NCBI GenBank assembly: GCA_977030845.1
Contig: OZ365115.1
Coordinates: forward strand, 31,186,001-31,250,000
DNA: 64,000 nucleotides
From: Fimbriosthenelais zetlandica
Lineage: Eukaryota
Reading direction: 5' to 3'
Part shown: positions 24,875-38,066 of the stretch, one piece after another
How the letters are laid out: each line of letters opens with the position of its first letter
How positions within the stretch are numbered: position 1 is the stretch's first letter
Translations under genes and position numbers: made by a program
The notes under the pieces: generated by a model
Seen by the model: the letters and a program-made list of their open reading frames with translations, nothing else
Database searches by the model: none
What the model was told of the DNA's origin: nothing

Positions 24875-27800
24875 CTGAAAAACAAATCGGCAAATATAAT
24901 TTATTTTTTCAGTCAAATCTCTTAATTCTTCACATTCAATGGTCATTTTTTGTTCATAGGTATCCACTGGATTCTCCGTTGGCCTTCATTTCACCTATAG
25001 GCATAACAATCGGTAAGAATAATCTTAACATTAATTCAATTTAATTAAAAAGTGTTCAAAACAACACATTGGGTTGCATTATGAGATTAATTTTTGGTAT
25101 ATATATTAGTGTTGCAAGTTGATTTTAAACTACGTACTTTACATAAATAATGGTTAGGCCTATACAATTTTAGAAGTGCTAAAGAAAAAGTTACACTTTT
25201 ACACTTATACTTATAAACAAATTATCGGCCAAGTTAATCTAGAAGCTTCTAACGGTTGACATAAAGAAAAATATACATCATCCATGCAGCAGTATATATA
25301 CACATAATGACACATACATGGAGAGACATAATTCAATGTTCTCAGTACACATACAAGAGTTTATACAAGGTACTGAGGATGAACATCGGTCATTATACAG
25401 CATTTCCTTACAAGGACATAGTGGGCGTGGCTAATTACAAATGATGGGGCGTGTCCTAGTACTAATCATTGGGGATTCTCATCATGTCTATTGGCAATTT
25501 GTTTCATAAAGCAAGGTTATGTTTCCCTGCGACACATATGGATGGATTTAAGTGATTTGAGGAAGCTGAAAGCGCGCAAGGAATTTTTTGAAGGAAGTCA
25601 AGAGTGAAAATATGTCCAAGATATGAATGAGGAGAATTTCTTAATGAACGAATAGTCGTATCAGACAGATAGCAGATAGTTCAATTTTCCGGTGAAATAT
25701 GAAACAAGTAAAAATTGTCCTTAGAAAGGGCAAAGGCGAGGTAATAACCTAATATAAGGGTTTTAAGGACTTGATAGTTGATTAAAAGGTGAAATTGATA
25801 TTCTCAAGAAAAAATACATTTGCCTATGTTTGGCTAAGTCTTTCATTTCCAAGGTTATAACGGAGCATACGGAAAACCGGAAGATATATAATACAAAAGA
25901 TTAGGCTATATTCTGAAGGTGATCAAGCATATAAGGTTCGGATGGACAGGTATGTTGTTTCTTTTTAGATAGTCCTAAATAGCTCCATGAATGTACAAAA
26001 GAGGGGAAATATAATTGAAAAGAGTTTTGTGAAAATTTCCTAAGATCCCAAACACAAATTGTTTGAAATTTTAGAAGCAATCTAAAATAATTTCTTACAT
26101 AACTGACTTCACAAGACAAAGAGACTTTAATAGATTTGTATTTATGATTTGCAAAAAGATCTGTTCACGTAATTTGAAGGAAATGCAAACAGTCACATAT
26201 TGACAACTGAGCACCAACTTTAGTTAATATGACAGACATTTAAATGACATTCTCAAGTATTTCATAATACTGAGAGTTTCGGTGTTCATGCAGATTATAG
26301 AAGGATATGTATATAGTAGATGTGTTTGAAATTTTAGAAGGACTTTTGCCTATGAGCCTACTGCACAAACAGGAGGGCTAGCTTGACAGTGCTTCAACCA
26401 AGGCCTTGTTAGAGGGAATCAGAAACTCTGGTGCGAAAATATCCATAGTTGTATATCCTTAATTTACTGACAAAGGTTTTCATCTGTTGTGAAATAAAAT
26501 GTGTTTTCCTGTGAAATTGCCTTAGAGACATTTCTTGTGCAATAAAAACAAGTGTTTCTAAGAAATTATTGGTAGCATTCCATAATATTTCTGCTGTCAA
26601 AAAATGATTACAATTCAAATATATGTCAAGAAAAATATTGTTCATATTCTTGAAATCAGTTGTAATTTATGGTTTCGTTTTCTTGTCAAATTATCAAGTT
26701 TTTGTGTTCAGCACCACAGTGGAACCCTAAGATCATCGAATGAATTAGTATGTTAAGGGCTCCAGGACCAAAGGTCACTCTTTGAGGCCCTTGTTGAACC
26801 ACTGAGGGAGGAGAGAGATATACAGAGCAGGTTACATGAAACGACAAACCTTCTGGTTAAGGCCCAGAAACGCTTTATATTCGGAGGGGGACAACCTACT
26901 TTTCTTTTTTTGAGTGAGAAAAAAAATGTAACATTGTTAGTTAAATTCCTAGAATTAATATTGTCAATGGAGGCTGAAGATAGGGCACTACCCTCTTGTT
27001 AGTTATGGCAGATGAAAATATGTATATTGATAATTCATAGTACAAACATTATAATGAATATTTATGTCATATGGAACAAGAGATGAAAGGAACCTACAAA
27101 TGGAGAAATGAAATATTATGCTGGCATGAAGAAATATCTGTCCGAAATCATTGCACGTGTAATAATATCTTAGGACTAAATGTTCCCATAAAGGACAACA
27201 GCAATCTTACATGATAAATGATTAATAGATCATGATATCACAGATATTTCATAAGATATTTTTGTATAAGCAAATTGTATGTACAGATGTTTCATGTTGT
27301 AATTAGTTACATTTGAAGGATGTAATATGTAAATGGTTTCACCTAAAGGTTAAAGCACATCATTCTAAGGGGTCAAACGCCTTTTTATAATCATCTGAGG
27401 AATAAGGGTGATGGTTGACCAATCAAATATATTCTACAACAGGGAAAAATCAAGGTTGATAAAATGTACAAGTTGCAGATAATACTACTGAGTCTGGATA
27501 TTTCAATTGACAAGTCCCACAGAATTGCTGTGAACCTGGAGAAATTAAGTATTCAAAGATGGCAGACAACAGGCATATGATTGACCGATCAGAGATCAAT
27601 CATAACTATCTAAATCCAATCTATTTTCGCCACCAGATCAGGAAAAACTAAAATGTTTATAAACATGAAACCTAAGACCACACCTACACCAATGAGCCAA
27701 CCCTGACGCGCATTTTTGGAGGATAAGTTTTCAACGTGGACTTCACTGATATTTCTAGGCTGGGTGAAAAAAACTCATGTGAAATATGACCATTCCCAAT

Positions 27801-28100
27801 AACACAGCCTAGCTCTGAGGGGAACCTGGATGCCATGTTTTCTCTGCCTAACACCAGGGGGCCACCGGCGTCTGTGAAAGCAGGCACTATGTTTTGCCAC
27901 TCTTATCCAGAAGGCCCTCACTGTGCCAAAGGAAGTTGTGTATATGTCTCTAAATATTATCACCCAGTATTAGGTACTGCTGACATAAAATGACAGTTTT
28001 CAGTGAAGACAAAGGATTCAGTTTCGATGCTTACAACATGTTGATACATGATCATCAGAGGGTCAGGTTGTTGTTCCATCCACCTGAGGTAGATTTGTTT

Positions 28101-28369
28101 ATGGAAACTGGAAATGACTTCCAAGACCCAATAGTAATTGGGAACTTAAGAGTTCCATGACCATGCTGCAGCATGTGAAGTATTCAAGATAAAAATATGA
28201 GAGATTGCATTATAATCTATAGGGGATATTTTGTTAGGTTTATTCAATGGAAACTTGAAAAAACGTCCAAGTCCAATAGTACTTGGGAACTTAAGAGTTC
28301 CATGACCATGCTGCAGTATGTGAAGTATTCAAGATAAAATATGAGAGATTGCATTATAATCTATAGGGG
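28101..28369. repeat. Local direct duplication, ~125-bp unit with 146-bp period
   Basis: 28101-28226 and 28247-28369 share caatagta.ttgggaacttaagagttccatgaccatgctgcag.atgtgaagtattcaagataaaa(a)tatgagagattgcattataatctatagggga. Confidence 0.9.
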
Positions 28370-29253
28370 AGGAGTAGATAGAGACTGATTGCTCAGGTAG
28401 GGGGCTGCAGTTTATGTCAAACAGAGACATAAAACACATTATAGTGCCTCCTCAATGTAAATCAGGTGCTAGTTAGGTCGACTCAGACAACTCCAGGAAT
28501 TTCAGCATCATCAGCTTATACCTTACTTATACTCAGACAATGGAAGCAACTAACTATAGACATAGGGTAGCCATCAGCATTTATATTGCTGAGGATGGTA
28601 AGATAGGAAACAACTATGTCAGTGAATAGGTTGCTGTTCAATTCTCTCAAAAAACTTTTTATCAAACTTGCATCGTTTGCAGTTGAAGAGATGGAACTAT
28701 ATACATTGCATACTTGTTCAAAAAGAGAATGTCTGGGACAAATATGGAGGAAAGGCATTGGGACGGAAACAAAAATGTAAAAATGTCTTAGGTTTGAGTG
28801 AGGAAAAACCTGTGGCTTCTGCCAGGGACATAAGAAAAATAGAAGTAAAGTATGACAGGTGTTGTCGCTTGGTAAAGTGGTTCTTTCAGGCAAATACAAG
28901 GAAGCCATGGGTTAAAAGGGGAAAAAGGGGAGAAAACAAGGGTGAATCCAGAAAGACACCTGGTGTCAAAAGGTAGAACATGTCCATGGTGATTCAAAGA
29001 TATAAGAATATATATGAATGGAAATATAGAAATTTACAAAAGGGCAAGAAGTCAGGGATAAAATTAATTGCTTTGGATGTGAACATTGTGGAAAAAGACA
29101 AATTTGACAGTCAAAAGACATTTTGTCAATTAGCCAGAAGATAATTCTAAGCAATTCTAAAATTAGAACATGACCTAATGAACTGATTGAGTAGTCCATT
29201 CACCCGGGCGGAAATACGGGGAAATACCATAGTCTGAGGGAGATGAGACGCTC

Positions 29254-29297
29254 TGACGTCATGCTTGTCTATGGAGTAACTCGCGGCCTATATATAG
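29254..29297 (-). promoter_or_regulatory. Candidate internal TATA promoter with CRE
   Basis: CTATATATAG (TATA/MEF2-like, 29288-29297) ~30 nt upstream of a perfect CRE TGACGTCA (29254-29261) overlapping an Inr-like TCAG on the minus strand. Possible donor CGG|gtgaat near 29203. Confidence 0.35.
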
Positions 29298-29702
29298 CCA
29301 CAATGTGGCTGGATTTAGGTCGAGTAGGAGGCTACGTCTCGACCTCCCAATACCTCAGTCTGGATCGTTAATAACACCAACCCCCCGCCCCCCAGCTGCT
29401 TCTAGATTCCAGCCCATTTCAATAGATTTTTTTAATCTAACCACTTGGGTCTACCTCAACCAAAATATTTCTCAATTATAATTAGCTGTTTTACCTGAGA
29501 TATATTCTAGGACTTTTCTGACTCATTTAACAATTTAAATTTCCGAGCTACTTCTTGAACAAAAAGGTGTTACTTCAAGACACCAAATAATATGTACAAA
29601 AATAAATGACCATAATAAAAGACCTACATACGGGACCTTTACTGGGTTATGTCTCAGGGGCAGTGGAATATAGGATATGAATTCAGGGAAGTATAGCATT
29701 AC

Positions 29703-29759
29703 CTGTGCTCTATCCCAGTCAAACATCTGGCCAAATAGCATGAATAACATGTAACACAT
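29703..29759 (-). CDS. Candidate alternative first coding exon MCYMLFMLFGQMFDWDRAQ
   Basis: ATG-initiated, phase-0 donor CAG|gtaatg, compatible with exon 24874. Confidence 0.3.
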
Positions 29760-30956
29760 GATTCAGCTTTACCTAGTGGGGAGTGGGCGAATGGGGGGAG
29801 TGGGTGTGAGAGTGGGAGTGAGAGTGAATTTGTTGGGGGCTGGGGTAAAGGGGGGGGGGGGCGTTGGGGGGGGGCAATGATTGGGCAGGCTTGGATGTGG
29901 GCGCCAAGCCATATGCTTGGAGCAAGAAGGATTTGGCAGTATAGATGGGAAAATAGTTGTTTTCCCAATAAAATTATACTTTTTTCAAACCCTAAGACAA
30001 ATATTTCCATCTCCAATACGAAAATTAGATTTACCTAGCTAGCATAGGGTCACAATGCCCATACTTATAAAGTTTTAAGGGTAGGCCTGTATCATGGGAA
30101 ACACAATGCCTTGTAAAAACATGGCAATGTATACTTGTTTGCAATTGTTTGATGAAATATAGTTATCTATAAGAGTTGAAATGGGATAGGGCTCCAATGG
30201 TAGATATGGGCAGTTGACAATAGCATGGGGTATCAGAATCAAAGAAGCTCAAATAAGGAACGGAAGAGGCTTTACAAAGATATTTGTAATGAAAGTTTTG
30301 AGAAGAAAGAAGAGAAATGAATTGAGACGCACCTACCGTGATAGGTGGAGGTATTATAGTTCCACCTACTTTGATATACCACCAACCAAAAGCTACAACC
30401 ACAAAATGAGTAGCTGCACCAGAAGGATCGGGAATGTAACTGGGGGGACTAGCTAGGTGGAAAAACACAGATTGCCAAGGTAACGTCTGGATAAGGCAGA
30501 GGTGCACTGGGGGATGATTATTGTCGATTCTTAGATTTGGGTCAGGGGGATTATCCTGGATCTACTTATAAAATAGAGGTCGAATAGCAAGATGACTAGT
30601 CTCCACTTTTAAGGCAATTCTAATTTTTGTAAAGAAAAAAATCTAAAAGATTTGTGTTAATCGTCTAAAAAAAATCGTATACAAAAAGTTCATTTATACA
30701 TGTACCAGAATGTAAGAACAAAAATATCCATATTCAGGATAAAATAAATGATTTCCAAATGGAATGTTCTAAATAATATTTACAGAAAAAGAAAAAAAAA
30801 CAGTCGAGACTTCTCAACATGGAGTTGCTCCATCAAATGACCCCAAGCATTGACCTCCAACTCATTGCTCAGATTTCCACTTGAAAGCACTAACTGCTCA
30901 AGCAGGGTACCCCCACCCCCTTCACACCCACCCACATAATGCCAAGCCAAGCCTAC

Positions 30957-31085
30957 ACGCCACAACATACCCCTGTCACTGGTGTAGAGGGGGTGGGGCT
31001 TAGAGGCAGCAGGAGGAAGTGGGGTTGTGGGTGGGGCATGGTGGAAGTAAAGTGAAATAACCCTTCCACTGTCTTGCTCAGGCAT
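30957..31085 (-). CDS. Weak candidate alternative first exon MPEQDSG...RGMLWR
   Basis: 43 open codons from ATG, phase-0 donor CGT|gtaggc. Confidence 0.18.
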
Positions 31086-32243
31086 TTCTACATGAAAAAA
31101 GACATTCACTGAGACAGGACCCCCTCAGGCTTGAACAGATGGTTGTATCGAAGATGGGGTAAGGTACATGGGGTATGGGGGATAGGTCAGGTTATTTTCT
31201 GATCATTTGGCAGGTTCAAATCCAAGTCATGGTTCAGAATAGGTTCCATTCTTGGCTATTTGACCCATGTCAGCTCTATTTTCCCTGTGGTTATTCTATG
31301 ACAGAATGCTATTTCATACGTGATTATCAACCTACCACTAACATTGATTAATTTGTGCACATTCATTGCTTTCCACTGAGAAATTCTTCTACCAATTCCC
31401 CTAATCTAAATCTCGATATAGGCTAAATATACAGTCCATCCTATTCAGGCATTTAATTCTCTATCCAGACACCACATTTGACAAGGGGCCAGTCCCCCAG
31501 ACATTATACCCAAAACAAGAAACCATTCTGACCTCAACCGATTGGTTTACTTTTCACAAGACACTGATTATGACACTGAGACACGGGTGATCAAAACACT
31601 AAATGTGATAGAGTGAAGGAGGAGAGAGACACTAAAAGATGGATCCTTGTAGAAGAGAAAACTAAAATCATTCTCCACAGCAAACCACCTCTAGGAGGAC
31701 TGATCCACTGAGCAAAACCCACAGAATATACCTGGCCCTCATCTGAAGGTAGTGGAGTTCCTAGCTCGCTTCTGGAACTCAAGTGCCGACCTCCATCACT
31801 GCTTCCATACCTTAACACTGCAGCTTTTTGTCTGCTATCTTTCTGGTACGGTATCAGCTTAAATGGTATGACACGGCTTGGGTATAATCCATTGGCGGCT
31901 TCATCCCCATAGATCACACCTTTGCTTGACAGCAAAGGATGACTTCGAAAGCACTTTGATCTTTCATATTTTAAGCACTTAATCCTCTGGTAGCATCTTC
32001 TTCAGGGGTTGATCCATGCACCGGTTGCTTGAGTGAGGTTACAGCACAACTTTGGTAGGTGGGCGTTACGACCAGCCGGGAACCAAACCCCAACCAAAAC
32101 CGGTAGGCATAATCCAAAGGAAGAAGAAAAGAGGGGGCTGCTTCTGGAGTGATTTTATACGTTGCGTGATGAGTGTATATATGTAATACCTGTAGGGAGG
32201 TATATAGATGTTAAGATATATACACTGGTTACCTTGATCAAAC

Positions 32244-32426
32244 CTGGATGGTGGTGTGATGATGATGACACGAGATGGAGGAGGATGAGGAGGAGGAGGG
32301 GACTGGAGTGGTAGGATGTTGATGGTCCAAAACTCCAGTGGGGAAGGAAGAAGATGGAGCTTGATGGTTCTTAGCACTGGAGGAGCCGGAGGTGCTGGAG
32401 GAGGAGGTACTGGAGGTGGAAAAGGC
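32244..32426 (-). CDS. Candidate Ser/His-rich cassette exon (phase 0-0)
   Basis: Acceptor ttgtacattcag, donor CAG|gtttga, 183 nt: AFSTSSTSSSSTSGSSSAKNHQAPSSSFPTGVLDHQHPTTPVPSSSSSSSISCHHHHTTIQ. Low complexity weakens the ORF evidence. Confidence 0.3.
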
Positions 32427-33972
32427 CTGAATGTACAAGCTACTCCAGCAGCTCCACAACTGGTCAGATTAGCCCACTACCAGGAGACTCTCTCACTGTG
32501 CCTGGAGGGCGGTGGTGGTTCTGTGGAAGGAGGGTGGAACTGGAATGGGGGGGGGGGGGGTGAGATGAGATGAGGGAGGGTGGTGATGGTGAGGGGGGAG
32601 GGAGGAGGGAGGAGGGAGGGGGTGGGCTGAGTTACGTGAAGATGCATGGGGAGTCGGGAGGTAAGACAGGGAAGATAATGTGAAATGGATATAATTCCAG
32701 CAGAGGGATATTCCGAGGTGTTCGTTAAAAAACCTGGAACCAATGGTGTGGTATGTGGATTTGGAATGGATAATTAAATTGAGAATTAAATAAAGAATTT
32801 CAATTCATGATATAATACGAATTCATTAAATATCAATTACAAAGTGTTACTTAATGAACATAAGCTATCATTTATCTTTAGTTTCTGCAGGCCTCAATCA
32901 ATTTCTAAAATATGGATCAATTCCTCATTGATTGATTTGCCAACAAACTATAAGGATAATATGAAACATTATTGTCTTGAAATTATCCATATGAATACAC
33001 ACCCACTTGGTAGGGCAAATGGTATCTATAGAATACCCATCATCGCCTCCAGTAGAGAGCCTGGAGAAAGGGGCGGGGGGGGGGGGGTGAGAGAGCTGGA
33101 GGAGAGAATGCCTGGACCGTGGAGAGAAGAGAGCCTGGTCAGCAAGAATAGGGATTTTTTCATGTAAGCCTACACTGTGGTTGTAATAGGGTTATCCCTT
33201 CAGGGAGTCCAGACTACTCCAGGTGGGGGCAAATCAGGTAGGTGTGCACCTGTCCCCCATGGGGAGTACAGTACATGGGTTTGTATATCCAACAAGGGGA
33301 CAGTTAACCCTAAATCATCAGTCAAATTAGGACCACGTTTCCACCATGAATTTTGTTAGTTCAAAGGAATTCCCATAACTTGTATAAAAATTCCCATAAT
33401 TCCCATAAAATGTGGGGAATTAGAACGGGCAGGATGGTTTTGGACCAAAAATAAATAAAATATTTAGGTAAACAATAATGGTATTCATTAAGAGATCTGG
33501 GCCTCCCTGGGATTAAATTCCCGACTATCACTAAATGATAATCTTTATAGAAACAAACTATTATCAGCATTCCTCAACCAGGGGAGCTGATAGTCCACAA
33601 GGGGGTCGATGGATGATCCCTAGGAATAACATTCCTGGCAGGAGACCCCAGGAGAAGACACCTTTACATTATTAGGCCTGGCTATTGGGGGCAGTCGGCC
33701 ATGCTTACAATTATAGGTGAGTGGCCTCTTGAAGTAAAGTTCAATGTGTCAGGGAAATATTCTCTGTGAAAGTGTGTGTAAAATGAATACTTTACTAAAT
33801 TTACACACCTATAGTTCCCTCAAGGTCAGAAGCATTGTAGACCTGTATTCTGCAGGGGTATACTAGCTAATGTATAGAGCGGTAGGATGAGTGGTGGGGT
33901 AAGCAGTAGAGAGGAGGGGTAAAGATATAGAAGGTGGAATGGATGGGGGGTAGGTAGACTGTTTATCATTAC

Positions 33973-34063
33973 CTTGCTGTCTGAGGAACCAAGGGGGAGA
34001 ACTACCTCTGAGAAGAGTAAGTCCATCATGACCAGGTACCCAAGAAAAATATACAACAGCCAT
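33973..34063 (-). CDS. Weak candidate alternative first exon MAVVYFSW...FLRQQ(G)
   Basis: ATG start, donor AAG|gtaatg at phase 1 (compatible with exon 22640). Confidence 0.22.
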
Positions 34064-35644
34064 GTGTCTTCCCTTGACTATGAGCGAGAAGGGGAAAATA
34101 CAGAGAAAAATGCTAAGACATCTATGTATGGACTGCTTTCAGACAAAATACACAGCTATGTCACAGTACACCTTAAAACTGGCCTGAGATTTGTGTTGAG
34201 TGGCTTTGAAACAACAGATTTTGTTTGTTATTATAATACAACGAAGCTAGAGACTCGCTACCTTAGATCAGTGATAACTGATGCAGAAACCAGTTATTAT
34301 TTGATTTTCATTCCATGTTCTTTCTGATCATATTATATGACTATTTTCCTATCAAGCTGGTGGGAATTGAGAGGAACAACAAATAAAAAGACTTGTACTG
34401 GCAATTCCTGTAAACAAGTTTAACTATTAAACCGTTTGTACACTGGGGAGGAATTCTGCTGAGGTAAAATTCTGGGGAGATGAAATGCTAGTGTATGTTT
34501 TAGGGAAAGTCTTAGGGATCTATACTGAAAGATTTATAAATTCTATTTTCAGCACCTTACGAAAGAAAAACTGCACAGGTGTGGTGCAAAAAAAAATGAA
34601 GTGAAGAGTAATGTGTGTTTTAATGATGACCTGAGGGAAAATACACTGCAAAGCACTTGGGTGTTACAGGTGGATAAATATTAAATCTTTTCTGGGTATT
34701 TATATTTTACTTAGGCGAAGGTTCTTCACTCAGTGCAGGAACACAGAATAATATTGTGTATTTCAAGGAAAATGAGTAAAATTTTGTGAGAAAATAATAT
34801 ACCAAGAAGCGATATATTTGACGGATTTTGTGAGTATTTGCAATTGAAAATATGAATACGTATGTAAACTTACATAGTGCTAATTTGATGCATTTAAAAA
34901 TGAAAGTCAATATTAGCATGTATGGATGGGTATGACTGAAAATTGTTGTCCTATAATATTGCTAGCAGGGGTTTATTTATAAGCTTTCTACGTTCTCCAT
35001 ATTTTACGTAAACACTTGAAACCAAATTCATCCACATAACATAAAATGTTCTAATCATTTTGATAAAATTCCTTTCCATAAAATTGTAAGAAAGATTAAA
35101 ATAAAAATCTTAAAAAATCAGCCCTTAAAACCGAAAGCCTAACTTGAGTAAGGGTTCTACTTAAAGGGTTGAAAGCTAGCCTTGCCTCTAGGTTTATATA
35201 CCTTGTTCTGGCGAGGACTGCCCGGTTCCGAGATTGTCAAAGGTGGTGGTCTAAGGGGACCACTTTTTGGAAACTCCAAAACAGGTCTTTTAGGATTTTC
35301 CTCTTTCTGTTTCACAGAAAATCAAAATTAATTCTAAGTAATACAGTGAAAAGTGATAAAAAATGTTACCAACAATTACTGAAATGTTTTGTTACAATGT
35401 ATGTTAGCATTAAAATTAAATGCAAAGTTTTATCTCAGATGATTAAAGAATTGAATGATCAAAAGCTGAACTATTTATGTCAAACTTAATTTCTTCAAAT
35501 TTTCTTCAAATAAGGCTTATTATATCGGTCATCAACTTAAATAATTATATTACATTTTCATAACTCTTACTTCAGGGCTATCTTAAAAACAATTGGTAAA
35601 AATGAGTAAAATGTGTGATTTATCTGCTCTGAGTTGTAGCCTAC

Positions 35645-36688
35645 CTCTTTAGAGGGACAATCATCATCTGCCCACCAAGCTCTCTGAGGCTTTGGGTGGT
35701 CCCACTTATCCCCTTCATCACTTTGGTCTTGTGTAAATTGATCAGGGTCACATGACAGCACTGCAGAGTCTCTGGGAGTTGTCATATTCTCGTTTTCTTC
35801 ATTGTTCTGAAGTGCAGAATGACTTGCATCCTGATTTTCATCAGAATCAAGTTCTAACTTAGATTTTTCATTTCGCACTTTATCTTTCAGAAGGTTATCA
35901 TTGCCATTATGAGCTTCTAATTTCCTATCTCCAACATTTTCCATCTGAGATTTCTTTTCCTTTACTTCAACTACCTGACCCTCCTCTTCAGAAGCGATCT
36001 TTTCTACAGTAACACTTGCAACTGAAACACCAGGTACTGTAGTATCAGAGGCAGCATTTTGAGTGTCAATGTCATTTGAATCTTTAACCAAAGGATCTGA
36101 TGACACCAATAACGAACCGGCATCTACAGTGTAGGTCCCACCAAATATCTTACTCCTATTAACCGATGCTTCAGCCTCGTCATCTGAAGACTCAGACATT
36201 GAATGATTAGAATGTAAAAATTTAAAAGAAGGCGTATGTGGTCTAAAATGCTTTGAACTGCTTTGGTTTGAACCCGCGGCAATATTGTACTCTCCATCTG
36301 TGGAAGATGGCGTGATGGATTGCTCACTTTCGGTTTCACTATCGCCGTTATTGAGCACAGCCTTTGGTGGAACCGCAAAGGAAGCATCATCAACGGGCAA
36401 CTGACTGTCTGTACCCAACCCGTCACTTAGGTCAGAACACTGACTAGATGTTTTAGATCTACGCTTTGATTCATCAAAATTGGTAGCTTCAGTTGGAGGC
36501 ATTCTGCCTGCTGGCCCTATGTGAAACACTGCAGTGCTGACTTGATTGTGAGAGCCTGTCATGTCTCTAGTTACATGGGTTCCTTCAGGGACTGTTGGGT
36601 GATTTACTTGTGGAGTGTATTGTGTGGATGATGTTGGTTTGTGTAGTTTGTTTGTGTTGGTCTCAAGTAAATGGGTGTTGCTCCCAGG
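35645..36688 (-). CDS. Large Ser/Asp/Glu-rich cassette exon (348 codons, phase 0-0)
   Basis: 375-aa ORF in AT-rich DNA; acceptor ttttctttctctgcatgcag|CCT, donor GAG|gtaggc. Flanking exons join in frame without it. Confidence 0.78.
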
Positions 36689-37922
36689 CTGCATGCAGAG
36701 AAAGAAAAGGCCAATAATGATGTCAATATGATGGGTGATTAGGATGTAGGATGTAGTTTTAACCCTTATGATCTTAAATAAATACTTGTTACAAGTTATC
36801 AGTTAAAATCTACAGATACATCACTGGGGAGAGTATACATATAAATACAATATACGGTTATGTGTTATGGGTAAGAATCCTGAAGGGTATATTAAATTCT
36901 TATTTGTTGCAAGACAAGACTCCACAGACAAGAAAGGGTGGGAAATGACAGAAGGAAATCTGTACAGGAACAGGTAGAGGATAGTACACAAATCTGTAGA
37001 CATTTAAAACATTTGTATAAAAGAATTCTGTTCCTGGAACAGTTTGCATTGAGTATATATATCATAATCAACATATTTAAAGCCAGTGATTTTCACTATA
37101 AATACAAGATGGAAGGCTTAAGAAGCATATATAATTTGCTGAGATCATGAAGCATTAACTTAGCGATGGCTATATTGTAAGTATAATACAACGCATCACA
37201 AAGCAATATATATGGGAAAGGTTGAAATGTGCAAGTTAATCAATTACCAACTTCTTCAAACTAGCAAGATTGAAGAAGCAGCCTATAGAAAAGGTGTGTT
37301 CATTAAACAACGTATCATTGCCCAAGCATCTTACTGGTGTGTGCCATTAACTTATGGTGTTAAAACCAGAAACTAGTATTTTCATTTTACCAACTGGCAG
37401 GCACCCTTGCTTTCAAAATCCAATGCTTACCTAAAAATTCAAGTGGTTGATTGCATTGTATCAGTATATTATCAAAATTGTTCTCTGTGTGAGAGAAAAA
37501 AGTCATGGCAAATGGCTATAGCCAACAGTGGTCAATATAGAAGGAACAAGAATTGTGAAAAACCTGAACGCATCATCATCCCTAATGCGCGGGATGATGG
37601 AAAGAGGGGAAATATGGAAATGTGAAGCCGTCAACAGTCAGGCTCCATCTTCTGCATTGACCAACATATTCTACTGTGTAAATCCTAGTTGATATGTTTA
37701 TTATTGAACGACACTATCCAGGCCCGCTTTGGAGGGACTGGATATCATTCAAACGTTGGTTACTTTAGCGTGTTTTTGAAACTATTATTACGGTCAAATG
37801 CATCAGAATGAGAGCCATGTTTTGCGTTCCGTCCATGTAAGTTGGATTAATATAACAAGTCATAGTATTAATCTGAGTAAAGAGGTATTGAACCGGGGGC
37901 TGCAGGTTCTTGCTTTCTGTAC

Positions 37923-38066
37923 CTCTACTATGGTCTTGGTTCCCACTGGACCAGTTTTCGTAACTTTCTTTGTTACTTTCTTCTTACCAGCAGGAGTCTT
38001 TTTCGCAGCTCTGCGCGTGGTGGTGGTAGTTGTAGTGGTTTTAGGGACGGGGGCAGGCGCAGCGAC
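37923..38066 (-). CDS. 144-nt Thr/Lys-rich exon VAAPAPVPKTTTTTTTRRAAKKTPAGKKKVTKKVTKTGPVGTKTIVE
   Basis: Acceptor aaccgtag, donor GAG|gtacag, phase 0-0, coding-like composition. Confidence 0.82.

Noticed and set aside
31205-31225. GGTTCAAATCC B-box as a tRNA or SINE head
   Set aside because: No A-box or cloverleaf could be folded around it.
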